A model generated the notes under the pieces. The model saw only the letters and a list, made by a program, of their open reading frames with translations, ran no database searches and had not been told where the DNA came from. Shown here in pieces: positions 52,503-64,000 of a stretch of 64,000 nt of DNA. The translations under genes were made by a program, and so were the position numbers. The stretch's first letter is position 1. Each line of letters opens with the position of its first letter. Location: assembly GCA_965112155.1 (NCBI GenBank), contig OZ218102.1; one strand, written 5' to 3'. This DNA is from Podarcis liolepis (taxonomy: Eukaryota).

Positions 52503-53661
52503 CTATAAGGAGTTTCCTGTGCTCCTAACACAGTACACTTTTTATCATTTAGAAACTGAACAAACTAAATGAAATCTCAGCTTATAAAGGACATCATAAT
52601 ATTTATAGGAAGATAGTACTGCTGGTACTTAGTGTTTATCATTTATATAAAACTTTTATTGTTATAAGGTACTCTGTAATCTCTATTGACACATTCACAA
52701 CAGCTCTGAGCAGGACACTTGTTTCTTTGCTACAGATTGGAAACTTGGAAACATTATCTTCCATGACCAAGGTGAAGCTTGAACCCAGACAAGGCCTATG
52801 GTATACCCACTGGCTTCTTAATCCATGTTAGCTATATTTTAGCCTCTTGCAAGTAGCCTCTTGCAGGTCTTTTACATGACATCAAAGTTGTTGAAATTTG
52901 ACATCTGGATTTTCAAGCAGAAATACAGCAGATGACTAATTTGGAAGTTAAGCATTTTAACACAGTTGTATTGCAACAGATGGTTAAATGGTTTCATATA
53001 CATTATAACTGCAAAATTATTTCACTCTAGCCTGTTTCTTGAATCTTGTAAATTCTGTAATTATAAGCTCTTTAGAACAAAGATGGGAAATAGTACTTGT
53101 ATGTACTAAATAACTGGAATCATCATTTTTATAGTTTGGTTGCAAAAGTAGTCTAGTCCCTTTTGTTTAGAAATGGCTTGCCATTGGTATTATTGGGGTG
53201 ACCCAGAAGTTTGGTTTTCTTACTTATTTCTTCTTACCAATTTTCTTTCAAACATACACCTTACATTTGCTCCCTGAAGGTAAAATAAAAGTGGCTGTCA
53301 CAAAATATTCCAGAGAAATGCCATTTTGATTTTGTTGGTGGTTCTAAAGGGGGTGTCATTGTCCCCATGTGGCCTTTATATATACAGAATGGGCAGCATG
53401 GATACATTCCTATGAGAGAGGGGGAAAGTTAAGTGTGTCCTGAAAACCTTTACCAGCAGCTGCTTTACTTACCGGGCTGTAAGGGAAGGGGAAGGAGCTG
53501 AACTTGTATGTACGAGTCACTAGATGCAGCCATTATAGGATTCAAGGACGCTGGCCAGGCAGTTGTAGCTGGCTCCTTCCTCCTCAGTCCTCTTCCAGAT
53601 ATAGTGTGTCATAGGATCTAATACCATCATTTGCTACCTCTCTGTCTTCCAAGAGGCATTA

Positions 53662-53864
53662 CAGTGGTACCTCGGGTTACAGACGCTTCAGGTCACAGAC
53701 TCTGCTAACCCAGAAATATTACCTCGGGTTAAGAACTTGGCTTCAGGATGAGAACAGAAATCGCGTGGAGGCAGCGAGAGGCCCCATTAGCTATAGTGGT
53801 ACCTCAGGTTAAGAACAGTTTCAGGTTAAGAACGGACCTCCAGAACGAATTAAGTTCTTAACCC
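53662..53864. mobile_element. MITE of the 3567/51021 family, inverted, one TIR truncated
   Basis: Starts TA|CAGTGGTACCTCGGGTTAC; interior is the reverse complement of 51021-51232. Confidence 0.8.
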
Positions 53865-54884
53865 TTAACACTGACAACTGTATCAGAGTACGAGGACATG
53901 TTCCAGCCATGCAACAACACTTAGATGTGATACGGCGCCAGTGAGGCGGGTGGCCTTGGGAGAGCTCAAAGGCCAGAGAGAGAGGACAAAGAGCTGCATT
54001 TGGCTCTGAAGCCTGAGGTTTCCCACAACTGGGCTAGATAACGTCCTGTATTTTCTTAGGGGAAAGATAAAAGGCCAGATTGATGAAACCATTTTTCATA
54101 TGTATTTTTACTGATTTAAATTTGTATTCCAATTCTTCACTGAAGTCCTTGAAGTGGCTTATAACATCCACAATTCTGTTAAAAGCCTTACAGTGTAATA
54201 AGCATAAAAAAGAAGTTAATCCAAGAGAAGTAAGTGTGAGTGGGGGAGAAAAGACATTAGAAAACAGAAATATAGAATACCGAGAAATATAGAATATCGA
54301 GCAGAATGAAAACGTTTTTGTTTAAAAATAAAAAATCCTGCCACACATAGAATATGTTAATTTGGAAGAGAGCTGCAGAAGGGACTGCTTTGAGCTGTTC
54401 AGAAGTAGGCGTATAATGGGACCTTTGCCTGCAGCCTCATCCCCTGAGTTCTCTCTTACAGTGCAGCTAGTGCTGCTGTGATGGGGAAGGTGACATCATA
54501 GCTGAACCCAGGAGCTTTTAGTGATGGTGTATTTGCCTGCCTGCCTCCAACAGAACCATTTTAAATTAGAAAAAATAACCTTAATTTAACACTGACAATT
54601 GTTTAACAAACAAGAAATGAGCTTTCACTCTACAAGTGGAGTGTAAGAAAATTCATACGTTGTCCTTCTCAAAAATCAGAGTCAATACTTGCCTTTGGTT
54701 GTAGTTAAATACTTATTTAATATAGTATTACTAGCTTGTGCATTGCCACCTACAAGGTAATTACTGTGTTACTTTGCTTCTGTGGTGTGTGAGATCAGTT
54801 ACTAATAGTTTTAATTGACTCACAAGGGAGTACAAACCTATTTTGGGAAGCCCTATCCTGTTTTCAGTATTGCATTGTACATTA

Positions 54885-55210
54885 GTTGTACAATAGGAGG
54901 CCCTATTGATTGTTCCACCACTCTCAGAAGCTGGTGGGTAAGAGTGGGAGAGGACATTATCTATAGCAACCCCTAAGTTGTGGAACTCCCTCCTTGCATG
55001 GATGTGTCTGGCATCTTCCTTATATAGCATTTGGCAAATGCTGAAGACACACCTCTTTACCCTGACTTTGGATAGCTGATATGTATATTTTTAGGTCCCA
55101 CCTTATTTCTGTGATTGTAAGTTGTTTTAACTGTTTTTACTATTGTGTTTTCGTTGTTGTAATGGCTCTGGGGCCTAAGGTGAAGGGTGGATGATAATGA
55201 TGATGATGGA
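54885..55210 (+). mobile_element. L2-type LINE 3' end
   Basis: CCCCTAAGTTGTGGAACTCCCTCC, CTGAAGACACACCTCTTT, and GAAGGGTGG followed by a (TGA)n tail. Confidence 0.6.
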
Positions 55211-55339
55211 TGAAATATTTTTTCATAAGTTTTAAATTCCCTGTTAATGATGGGCTAATGTTGCACATGTTTAAAAGCTGCCTTGTTTATGTGAGAAATT
55301 CTAGTACTATTCAGATTTCTTATATCTTGGCATTCCTAG

Positions 55340-55666
<327 letters not shown>

Positions 55667-56152
55667 TAATTATTAAGCATGAATTTCTAGTTAGTAGAGA
55701 TTTTGCCAAATAGCTTAATAGATTTTGAAAAATAGCTTAAAATGCTGAGAGTAGCTATGGAAAAGGAGGGATTCTGTTCCCAAGTCTGAACCATTTCTCA
55801 CTATGTACTTAAAAATTTCACACCAAAAATGCCCTAGAAAGAGGAAAAAAATTATACTTCTTATCAGCCCTCAGGAGACTAATAGAAACACCAGTTCATC
55901 TTTCATATCAGGTATGTGAAACCTAGGGAAACAGCAACACTTAGAACTGTTGTTTACTTTTCCTGCCAGTGAGAGGTTACTTTCCTGCCCTCACTAATGA
56001 ATGTTTAAGACTCAAGCACTAAGCTTTAACTGTGGTCTGATCTCTTTAGAGCACAGGTGTCTTAACCTGTGGGCCTTCAGATGTGGCCAGACAACAGCTT
56101 CCATCATCATTGACCATGGTGGTTGGCCTTGGGAGTTGGAATCCAACATATA

Positions 56153-57040
56153 CCGTATTTTACGCTCTATAGGACGCACCGGACCATAGGAGGGGGAGAA
56201 CAGGATTTTTTTTCCTTGTTCTCCCCCTCTAAAACAAGGTGCATTCAAGGTGCATTCACCGAAATCCTCCGGAGCACAGCGGGAGTTCCTGCTGAGCTCT
56301 GGAAGCTTCAGGCGGCTACCTTGGAAGCCTATAGAGCGAGAGGGGTCGGTGCACACTGACCCCTCACGCTCTCCAGGCTTCAGTGAAGGCAACCCGAAGC
56401 CTCTGGAGTGCGGCAGGAGTTCCCTCTGGGCTCCGGAGGCTTCAGGTTCCTTTCAACCTGCTCTTTGGGGCTGGCGGGGGGAAGCGCTGCTTTCCCCCAC
56501 CACCAGCCGCAAAGAGCAGGTCGGGGAACAGCGCAAAGGCTGCGCGCAGCCTTGCCGCTGCCCCCTGAGCTTGTGGGGCTGGCGGGGGGAAGCGCTGCTT
56601 TCCCCCACCGCCATCCTCAAAGACCCCTGAAGCCTTTAGAGCACAGCGCAAGTTTCCGCTGCACTCCAAAGGCTTCAGGCTTCGGGGACAGCCTTTGGAG
56701 CCTCCGCAGGGCAGCGGGGTGCAGGCACCCCGCTGCCCTGCGGAGGCTTTGCGCAGCCATCCCCAAGCTAGAACAGCGAGTCTTGCTGTTCTGGCTTCAG
56801 GGACAGCCTTTCTAGCCTCTGCAGGGCAGCAGGGTGAAGGCAGCACCCCGCTGCCCTGGAGAGGCTTTGCGCAGCTAACCCCTAGCTAGAAGAGTGAGAC
56901 GGAGCGCTCCGCAGTGCTCCGTCTCCCTGTTCTGGCTTTGGGCTTAGCCGTGCAGCCTGCATTCGCTCTAGAGGACGCACACACATTTCCCCATAATTTT
57001 TGGAGGGGGAAAAGTGCGCCCTATAGAGCGAAAAATACAG
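56153..57040. mobile_element. TA-flanked Tc2/pogo-like non-autonomous element with GC-rich hairpin-module interior, nested in an older hAT MITE
   Basis: 27-bp TIRs CCGTATTTTACGCTCTATAGGACGCAC (3 mismatches); the older element resumes on both sides (56053-56150, 57043-57070). Confidence 0.88.
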
Positions 57041-57584
57041 TATATAGTGTGTCACAGGTTAGCTACTCCTACCCCAGAACAGAAGTGGATTTAGAGGAGC
57101 ATGACCAGTTTGCCCACATTGGGCACCAAGCCGACAGGGCACCACAGGAGGTGCTGCAACAATGACAAACAATGGAACACTAGAAGTGGGGGCGCCAAAT
57201 TTTGGTGTCTCACAGAGCGCTACTGAATTTTTAAAGCCCAAAGTCCTCTATTGCCTGGAGAGTGTTTCCCATTCTGAGTGCGATGTGGGATTTTGTTTAT
57301 CTTGTGGCCTGATTCGAACTGGTGCACTTTGGTAGCAAATTTGAAGAGGAAGGGATTTTTTTTTTTACTTTGGGACATTGAGTTCAAGTTCTTGAACTGA
57401 TTTGCACTGATTTGAAGAAGGAAATTGCCTGCTCCTTCTAGAAAATGAAACACGCTGCATTCCTTTTCCAAAAATAGTACTACACTGCAGGCACCAATAG
57501 GCAAACATTGTTTCTCATTTGGTACAAGCTAGCTAGCAGGTTTTAACCAATAGTATTAATGAAAATGTTTTTTCATCTTTCCAG

Positions 57585-57653
57585 AACAGAGTATGGCAAA
57601 GAGACCAACGGGATATGCGGGCAATTCAGCCTGATGGAGGGTATTATAATGAT
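57585..57653 (+). CDS. WDR33: WDR33 exon 3
   Basis: [23 protein letters not shown]; |gtaagt donor. Confidence 0.95.
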
Positions 57654-58198
57654 GTAAGTACACATGTTTATTTATCCCCTGGACAGTAAAACATTTTTCT
57701 TCTTCCTGAAAGATTGAAAAATTGGTTTAAGCTGTAATTCTCTATTTAAGTGTGGGAGAAGTGAATAACAACATTAATTGTACTATAGAAACTTGATTTT
57801 ACAAGTGGATTTGAAAGAAGATGAATTCATTTAGTCACATTCTAGTATGATGATCCTGCTAAAGCTCTAGACATGGATTCAAAGATCCTATTCTGTGAGC
57901 AGAAGGCACTTTGGCTCTGTGTGTATGTGTGAGAGAGGACTGCATGGGAGGACTGCATCCATGGTTTTTATCAAAGCAGATGTGCCTTCTGTTCTCATGG
58001 TGGGATTTCTGCATCCAAGCCATATTGTAATATAATTCTGAAGAATGATGTTAGGTATGCTTTTGTAGTGTCTCCACAAAATTGAGATTCTTTGGTTTAC
58101 TCATTCAAGAACATAAGCTTGCAAACAATTTTCTAAAAGTCTGTTTCCACATATTAAGTACCAAGAATAACTTTTAACATTTTTTTCCTCTCTTTTAG

Positions 58199-58333
<135 letters not shown>

Positions 58334-58480
58334 TGATAAATTGCTAAGAATATAGCAAGCCAGTAGTAGCTGTTTTATGGATTTTTTTAGTTCTGTTTTT
58401 GTTTTAATCAGTGGTGTAATTCTGTTGTTGTCTTTGCTGTGTTCTGCATTGTAGACAGGGTGATTTATAAATACAATAGA

Positions 58481-58511
<31 letters not shown>

Positions 58512-58513
58512 GC
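58481..58513. repeat. (CTA)n microsatellite
   Basis: Seen directly. Confidence 0.9.
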
Positions 58514-58825
58514 TAATATTAATAATAACAACTTTTCAGAATGGATATCTTTGTATGGGACACAGTGATAGTGCAAAGTATTTTTGTCAGAAATGGACAG
58601 ATTATTCATCCAGTAGTATTCAGGCACTGGAAGCAGGGCATGGGGCAACAAATAAATACCAGAATGTGGGGTGGAGGGGTGTACAGACAGTGTGTAAGTG
58701 AACCCAATGCAGACAGAGCTGCAGAATACAACTGTGCAGACATGTTGTCTGTCCTTGCGATAGACTCTGCTGTAGTGTCAGGGCAACAATTTGTGTTGTA
58801 ATACATCTTAATTCTTGTCTTCCAG

Positions 58826-58921
58826 TGGACTCCAGAAGGGAGGCGCTTAGTTACTGGGGCTTCTAGTGGAGAGTTCACCTTATGGAATGGGCTTACTTTC
58901 AACTTTGAAACAATATTACAG
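58826..58921 (+). CDS. WDR33: WDR33 exon 5 (WD40)
   Basis: [32 protein letters not shown]. Confidence 0.96.
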
Positions 58922-59360
58922 GTAAATCACTATCAAAGCTGTCTTGATTAGTACTTCTTTCAGTAATCTGCTTTCTTGCCACTGTAAACAGATGGAGAGT
59001 CAGTACCGTTTTGAGCTTTATGCTTCTTGCCTTTGGCTATTGAGATTTTGATTGATTAATTTAAATCTTAGCATTTTTGTCATTCTCTGATATGAGAGAC
59101 ATTTCTGTTCCATTGGTAATAAAAAAATCAAATTTGTAGACAAAATACTGACTCATTACTACGTAATACTTACTATAACACTGCTGAAGCTTTGATAACA
59201 GTCCTCACAAAATGAATGTATGGATCTATATATAAGGCATTTTCATTCTTATATCTACCTAAATTGAAATTAGAAAAAATCATTTAAAAAGAAAAGTGAA
59301 GGTGCATGATATTATTTGAGTATGCTCACTAGAGGTCTTCCTTTATTTTTGACTTTGTAG

Positions 59361-59941
<581 letters not shown>

Positions 59942-61150
59942 GTGAAGAACTGCTTGGCTTGGTGAGTCCAAGATTTACAGTAGCATGTAGGACCCACACC
60001 AATTTCCACATCCAGGTCATGATTAATATTGAATGGGTTACTCAAGTTTGGAATCTAAAGCTGACAAGGCAACTTTAGGACATCTACCTGGTTCAGTGTC
60101 AAGTGTTCCAATTGTGCAAATGTATGCTCAGTATAACAAGTGAACTGAGATTTCCTTGCTGAGATGCATGTGAAGAATGCTTACAGTCTTTAGCAAATGA
60201 TGCAAGTGGAAGAAATCTTACTCATTTATAGTGTGTCTGAAGAGGAGCTGAAGAAGAAACTAGCCCTACCTCAAAAGTTTTGGTGCTGTCCATTGGAGAA
60301 GAAGATTCATTACCACAGAAGCACTTTCTGCTGAATTTATCATTTTTCCTTTTGATTCAGAATTTTCTGGCAAAGTTTAACAAGATGTGACCTCATAGGT
60401 GTATGCTATTGTATCTGTGAAGTGGATTTCTCCAAACAAAAAGTTTATCTCACATATAAAACGTTCCAGCAATTTCAGGGGGAATGACTGTTTGAATAAT
60501 CTCAACAAGAGCATTACTTGATTCTTCACTGCATCACAAAGGATGTGGCTCCCCATCTGTAACTGATGATGGTCCAACCAAATGCCTAACATAGCTCAAT
60601 AAGAAACAGATGCCTGGCTCTGCACAATGTACAACAAGCTTTTCAAGTTCTGAAGCATATTCTATGACTCTAATGTTTCACTGGAGTGGCAAATCTCTTC
60701 TCAGTAACTTTTTCTGCATATATAGGCCATATGATATGTTTTTATTCTTGTTTTTAGTAATCAAATACACCCCCTTGTATTTTGAAATGTTATCTGTGGA
60801 TGAAGAAATAAGCTTAGTATTAACACTCTTGGGATTGCCTATTTCCATCCTTCTTTCAAAAGCATGGAATGCATGCTTTGGTCAGTTTCACATTTTATAC
60901 AGATGATGCAGAGAATTGCAAATCTATTCAACTGTGGGTGGAACAGTGCAAAGCGTAAGTTCCCCTTTGGTTGGGGAACAAAATGCAGGAAAAAGTGCTT
61001 TTGCTGCATCAAAGTACAAAGCTGAGCTCTCAGTTATGCAAACGGACTCAATTATGTCAACGGATTGAAGTATATTTTTCCAGGCACAATATGTTCCAAT
61101 TTCTCCATCAGTATATTAACACTTTAGCTAAATTTTGCCCTGTCTGAGAA

Positions 61151-61282
61151 NNNNNNNNNNNNNNNNNNNNNNNNNNNNNNNNNNNNNNNNNNNNNNNNNN
61201 NNNNNNNNNNNNNNNNNNNNNNNNNNNNNNNNNNNNNNNNNNNNNNNNNNNNNNNNNNNNNNNNNNNNNNNNNNNNNNNNNN
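61151..61282. other. Assembly gap (132 N)
   Basis: Run of n. Confidence 1.
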
Positions 61283-61304
61283 CATGAGGAGAGAATTCTT
61301 CGAG
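61283..61304 (+). CDS. WDR33: WDR33 exon 7, visible 3' end only
   Basis: CAT GAG GAG AGA ATT CTT CGA G|gtatgt = HEERILR(G); the rest of the exon lies in the N run. Confidence 0.85.
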
Positions 61305-62663
61305 GTATGTGTACCAGAAAGTACTGATTGAGATATATGAATAGAGGGAAATTATTTGTAGTTGCCTGCATAAGGACTATACAAAAACTTCCAATTCCAG
61401 CACCCCATCCTTAATAATTCAATCAGTTGTATCACAAGGTACAACCTATTGGTTACAGTTTATGATCTGTTTAAATTGCTTTAACATTGGAGCATTGTGT
61501 ACTATGATTATTCCCTACTCCCAGGACTGTTGAAACATCTGTGTAGGAAAGCAAGCTGAATGCCCAGTTTCATGTGCCCATTTCTGTATATAAAAACTGT
61601 AATGAGTTATACCAGAAACACTTTCTCAAGAAGAAGGGGTATTTCCCCTCAAAAACGTAACTTGTTGATGCTATCCATTTTCATGTGCCTGTATCAGACT
61701 ATGCCACCTTATGGAAAGTGCAGCTTTTCATCAAGTAAATGCCATATAAGCACAGCATCCTTGGAATCCCCTAACTTCCCACATGGTGTGGACACGACAA
61801 AGTTTTAGGGAATGAATTACTGTTTCTAATTAATAGCATAAAGTTAGGTAAAATACATCTTTTACTGAGAAGAAATAAAGTTGTCAACATATTCATAGAC
61901 TTACTTATTTGACAAGATTTATATACTGCTTAATTAATAAAAAACCTCTTAAATGGTTTACATTACAAGGATCTGAAATATATACTAGACAGCGAAGAGC
62001 AGGGATTGTAGCAACACTGCTTTCATTTTCATTATATCACATGGTATTTTAGTATTCATTCATTTTGTAGGAAAGTTTACCTAGTAATTTTTTTAGCTTT
62101 GTAGCCGGACTTGATGTCAATACAGAAAATAAATAGCAAACATTCAGAGACTATTACACTTTAGGAAGTAAAGAGTTTGTGGTTTGGTTTTGTGTTTGAC
62201 TCTTGATGCATTATTACCTAATAGTTTAACTCTGAAGAAATCTTGAACTCTAAACTTTTATTTTGGGCTTCAATAACGTTCTCCTGTATTACTTTAGGAA
62301 ATAGAAATCATTCATGAGAAACATTTCTTCAGAATTATATCTGAAACAGCCCCCCTCCAGTTTCTTAAGTTTTCATAATTGTCAGATAATATACACACAC
62401 AGGATACAATCCAGACATTGAGCTCTGTCTCCCTTTTTGTAGGCCATGCATATACTACCTCCGTTTGAAATACAAAAGTGGAAGCAAAAGAAATAAACAT
62501 GCTAAATTTACAGTGTGGCCAAACACTACTTTTGTTCTTAAAAACTTTGGGGCAGTAGACAGAGAAGCATATGCAGATGTACTTTCTTCCTTACCTTCTT
62601 AGAGCCTGATACTGAGTTCTTTCTGCTACAAAATAACTTGTAAAAATCATACCTTACAGTCTA

Positions 62664-63395
62664 CCGTATTTTTTGCTCTATAGGACACACCTGACCATAG
62701 GATGCACCTTGTTTTAGAGGGGGAGAACAAGAAGAAAAAAAACTCCCCCTCTCTGCTCAGTGCCCCTTCAGTGAAGCGCTGAAGGGGCGTTGTGCAGAGG
62801 GGGGAGATTTTTCTTGTTCTCCCCCTCTAAAACAAGGTGCGTTCTGTGCGTTCAAGGTGCATTCACCCGAAGCCTCTGGAGCGCAGCGGGAGTTCCCGCT
62901 GGGCTCCGGAGGCTTCGGGTTCCTTTCGACCTGCTCTTTGGGGCTGGCGGGGGGAAGCGCTGCTTTCTCCCACCGCCAGCCTCAAAGATCCCTGAAGCCT
63001 TCGGAGTGCAGTGCGAGTTCCTGCTACGCTCCGCAGGCTTCGGGTTCCTTTTGCTGAAGCCGGGAGAGCAAGACTTTCCTGGCTTCAGCAAAAGGAACCT
63101 GAAGCCTCCGGAACGCAGCAGGAACTCGCACTGCGTTCCAAAGGCTTCAGGCGGCTATCCTTGAAGCTTGGAGAGCGAGAGGAGTCAGTGCGCACCGACC
63201 CCTCTCGCTCTCCAGGCTTCAGCAAAAGCAACGCGAAGCCTCTGGAGTGCGAAGGGAGCGTTCCCTCTGCGCTTCGGAGGCTTTGCGTTGCATTTGCTGA
63301 AGCCAAGGAGCCTGAATTCACGCCATAGGACACAGACACATTTCCCCTTAACTTTTGGAGGGGGAAAAGTGCATCCTATAGAGCGAAAAATACGG
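62664..63395. mobile_element. Second copy of the Tc2/pogo-like element at 56153-57040
   Basis: TA|CCGTATTTTTTGCTCTATAGG ... CCTATAGAGCGAAAAATACGG|TA; shared subterminal blocks. Confidence 0.88.
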
Positions 63396-64000
63396 TAATT
63401 CTATGCATGTTTACACAGAAGTAAATTTAACTGAGTTCTGTAAGACTTACATAAATGTGTAAACATTTGAGGCTTGAAAGCTGCAACTTCATCTTACTCC
63501 CCCAGCCATTAGCAACCTGCTGCAGCCTATCCTGCAACCATTTCCAAGCAGATTTGGGGAGAGGGTGCTGATGGGTGCAGAGGGAAGGAGAAGGCTGGAA
63601 AGCCCTGTTCCATGAACAGAACAGAAATTAGAATCTAAACTGTTAGGATTTGGCATATAAGCTTTATTCTCTCCCCCCCCCCCCCGCGCTTTATAAATTA
63701 AACAAAGATCCATTTAAATTGGGGTTCAGGCCCAGTTTTGGCACATAACTGCTTTGGTGGCCCTGTATGATGACCTCTGTCTGAGTTAGGGGTAGGTGGC
63801 ACCGCTTTGCAGTGCTTCCGGTCCTACTTGGATGGACATTTCCAGAGGGTGATGCTTGGGGAGTTCTTTTCAGCCCCATGGAGCCTTCAGTTTGGATTTC
63901 TCAGGGTTCAATTTTATCCCCTATAACATCTACATGAAACCACTGAGTGGGGTTATCCGGAGTTTTGGAGTATGTTGTCAGCAATATGCTGATGACACAC

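Noticed and set aside
61305-62135. Read-through of exon 7 (GMCTRKY*) with downstream AATAAA hexamers as another short WDR33 isoform
   Set aside because: The donor is reasonably strong, the tail is only 7 residues, and AATAAA is common in this AT-rich intron; insufficient support.

Overview
Vertebrate genomic DNA, most likely from a squamate (lacertid-like lizard, judged from the Sauria SINE, CR1/L2 fragments and CAGTGGTACCTC-type MITEs). It holds four head-to-tail + strand genes in the order known from human 2q14.3. (1) The 3' part of SAP130 (exons 1-7980, including a 105-nt cassette exon). (2) Complete AMMECR1L (CDS 16022-28937, 310 aa). (3) Complete POLR2D/RPB4 (CDS 35657-40124, 140 aa). 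(4) The 5' part of WDR33 (ATG 55394; exon 7 is mostly hidden in an N gap). AMMECR1L, POLR2D and WDR33 each have a CpG-island promoter. No prokaryotic system, CRISPR array, tRNA or rRNA gene is supported. The most interesting signals are: an intronic-polyadenylation module in WDR33 intron 6 (weak donor, open hydrophobic read-through frame, four clustered AATAAA) that seems conserved more as nucleotide sequence than as protein; a cryptic three-exon unit with a complete poly(A) site inside an AMMECR1L intron; two MITE copies whose interiors are shuffled arrays of hairpin modules; a G-U-biased long hairpin in WDR33 intron 1; uORFs in the WDR33 and AMMECR1L leaders; and a fossil Harbinger transposase. 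All comparisons to human proteins and repeat families are from memory and need alignment to confirm.
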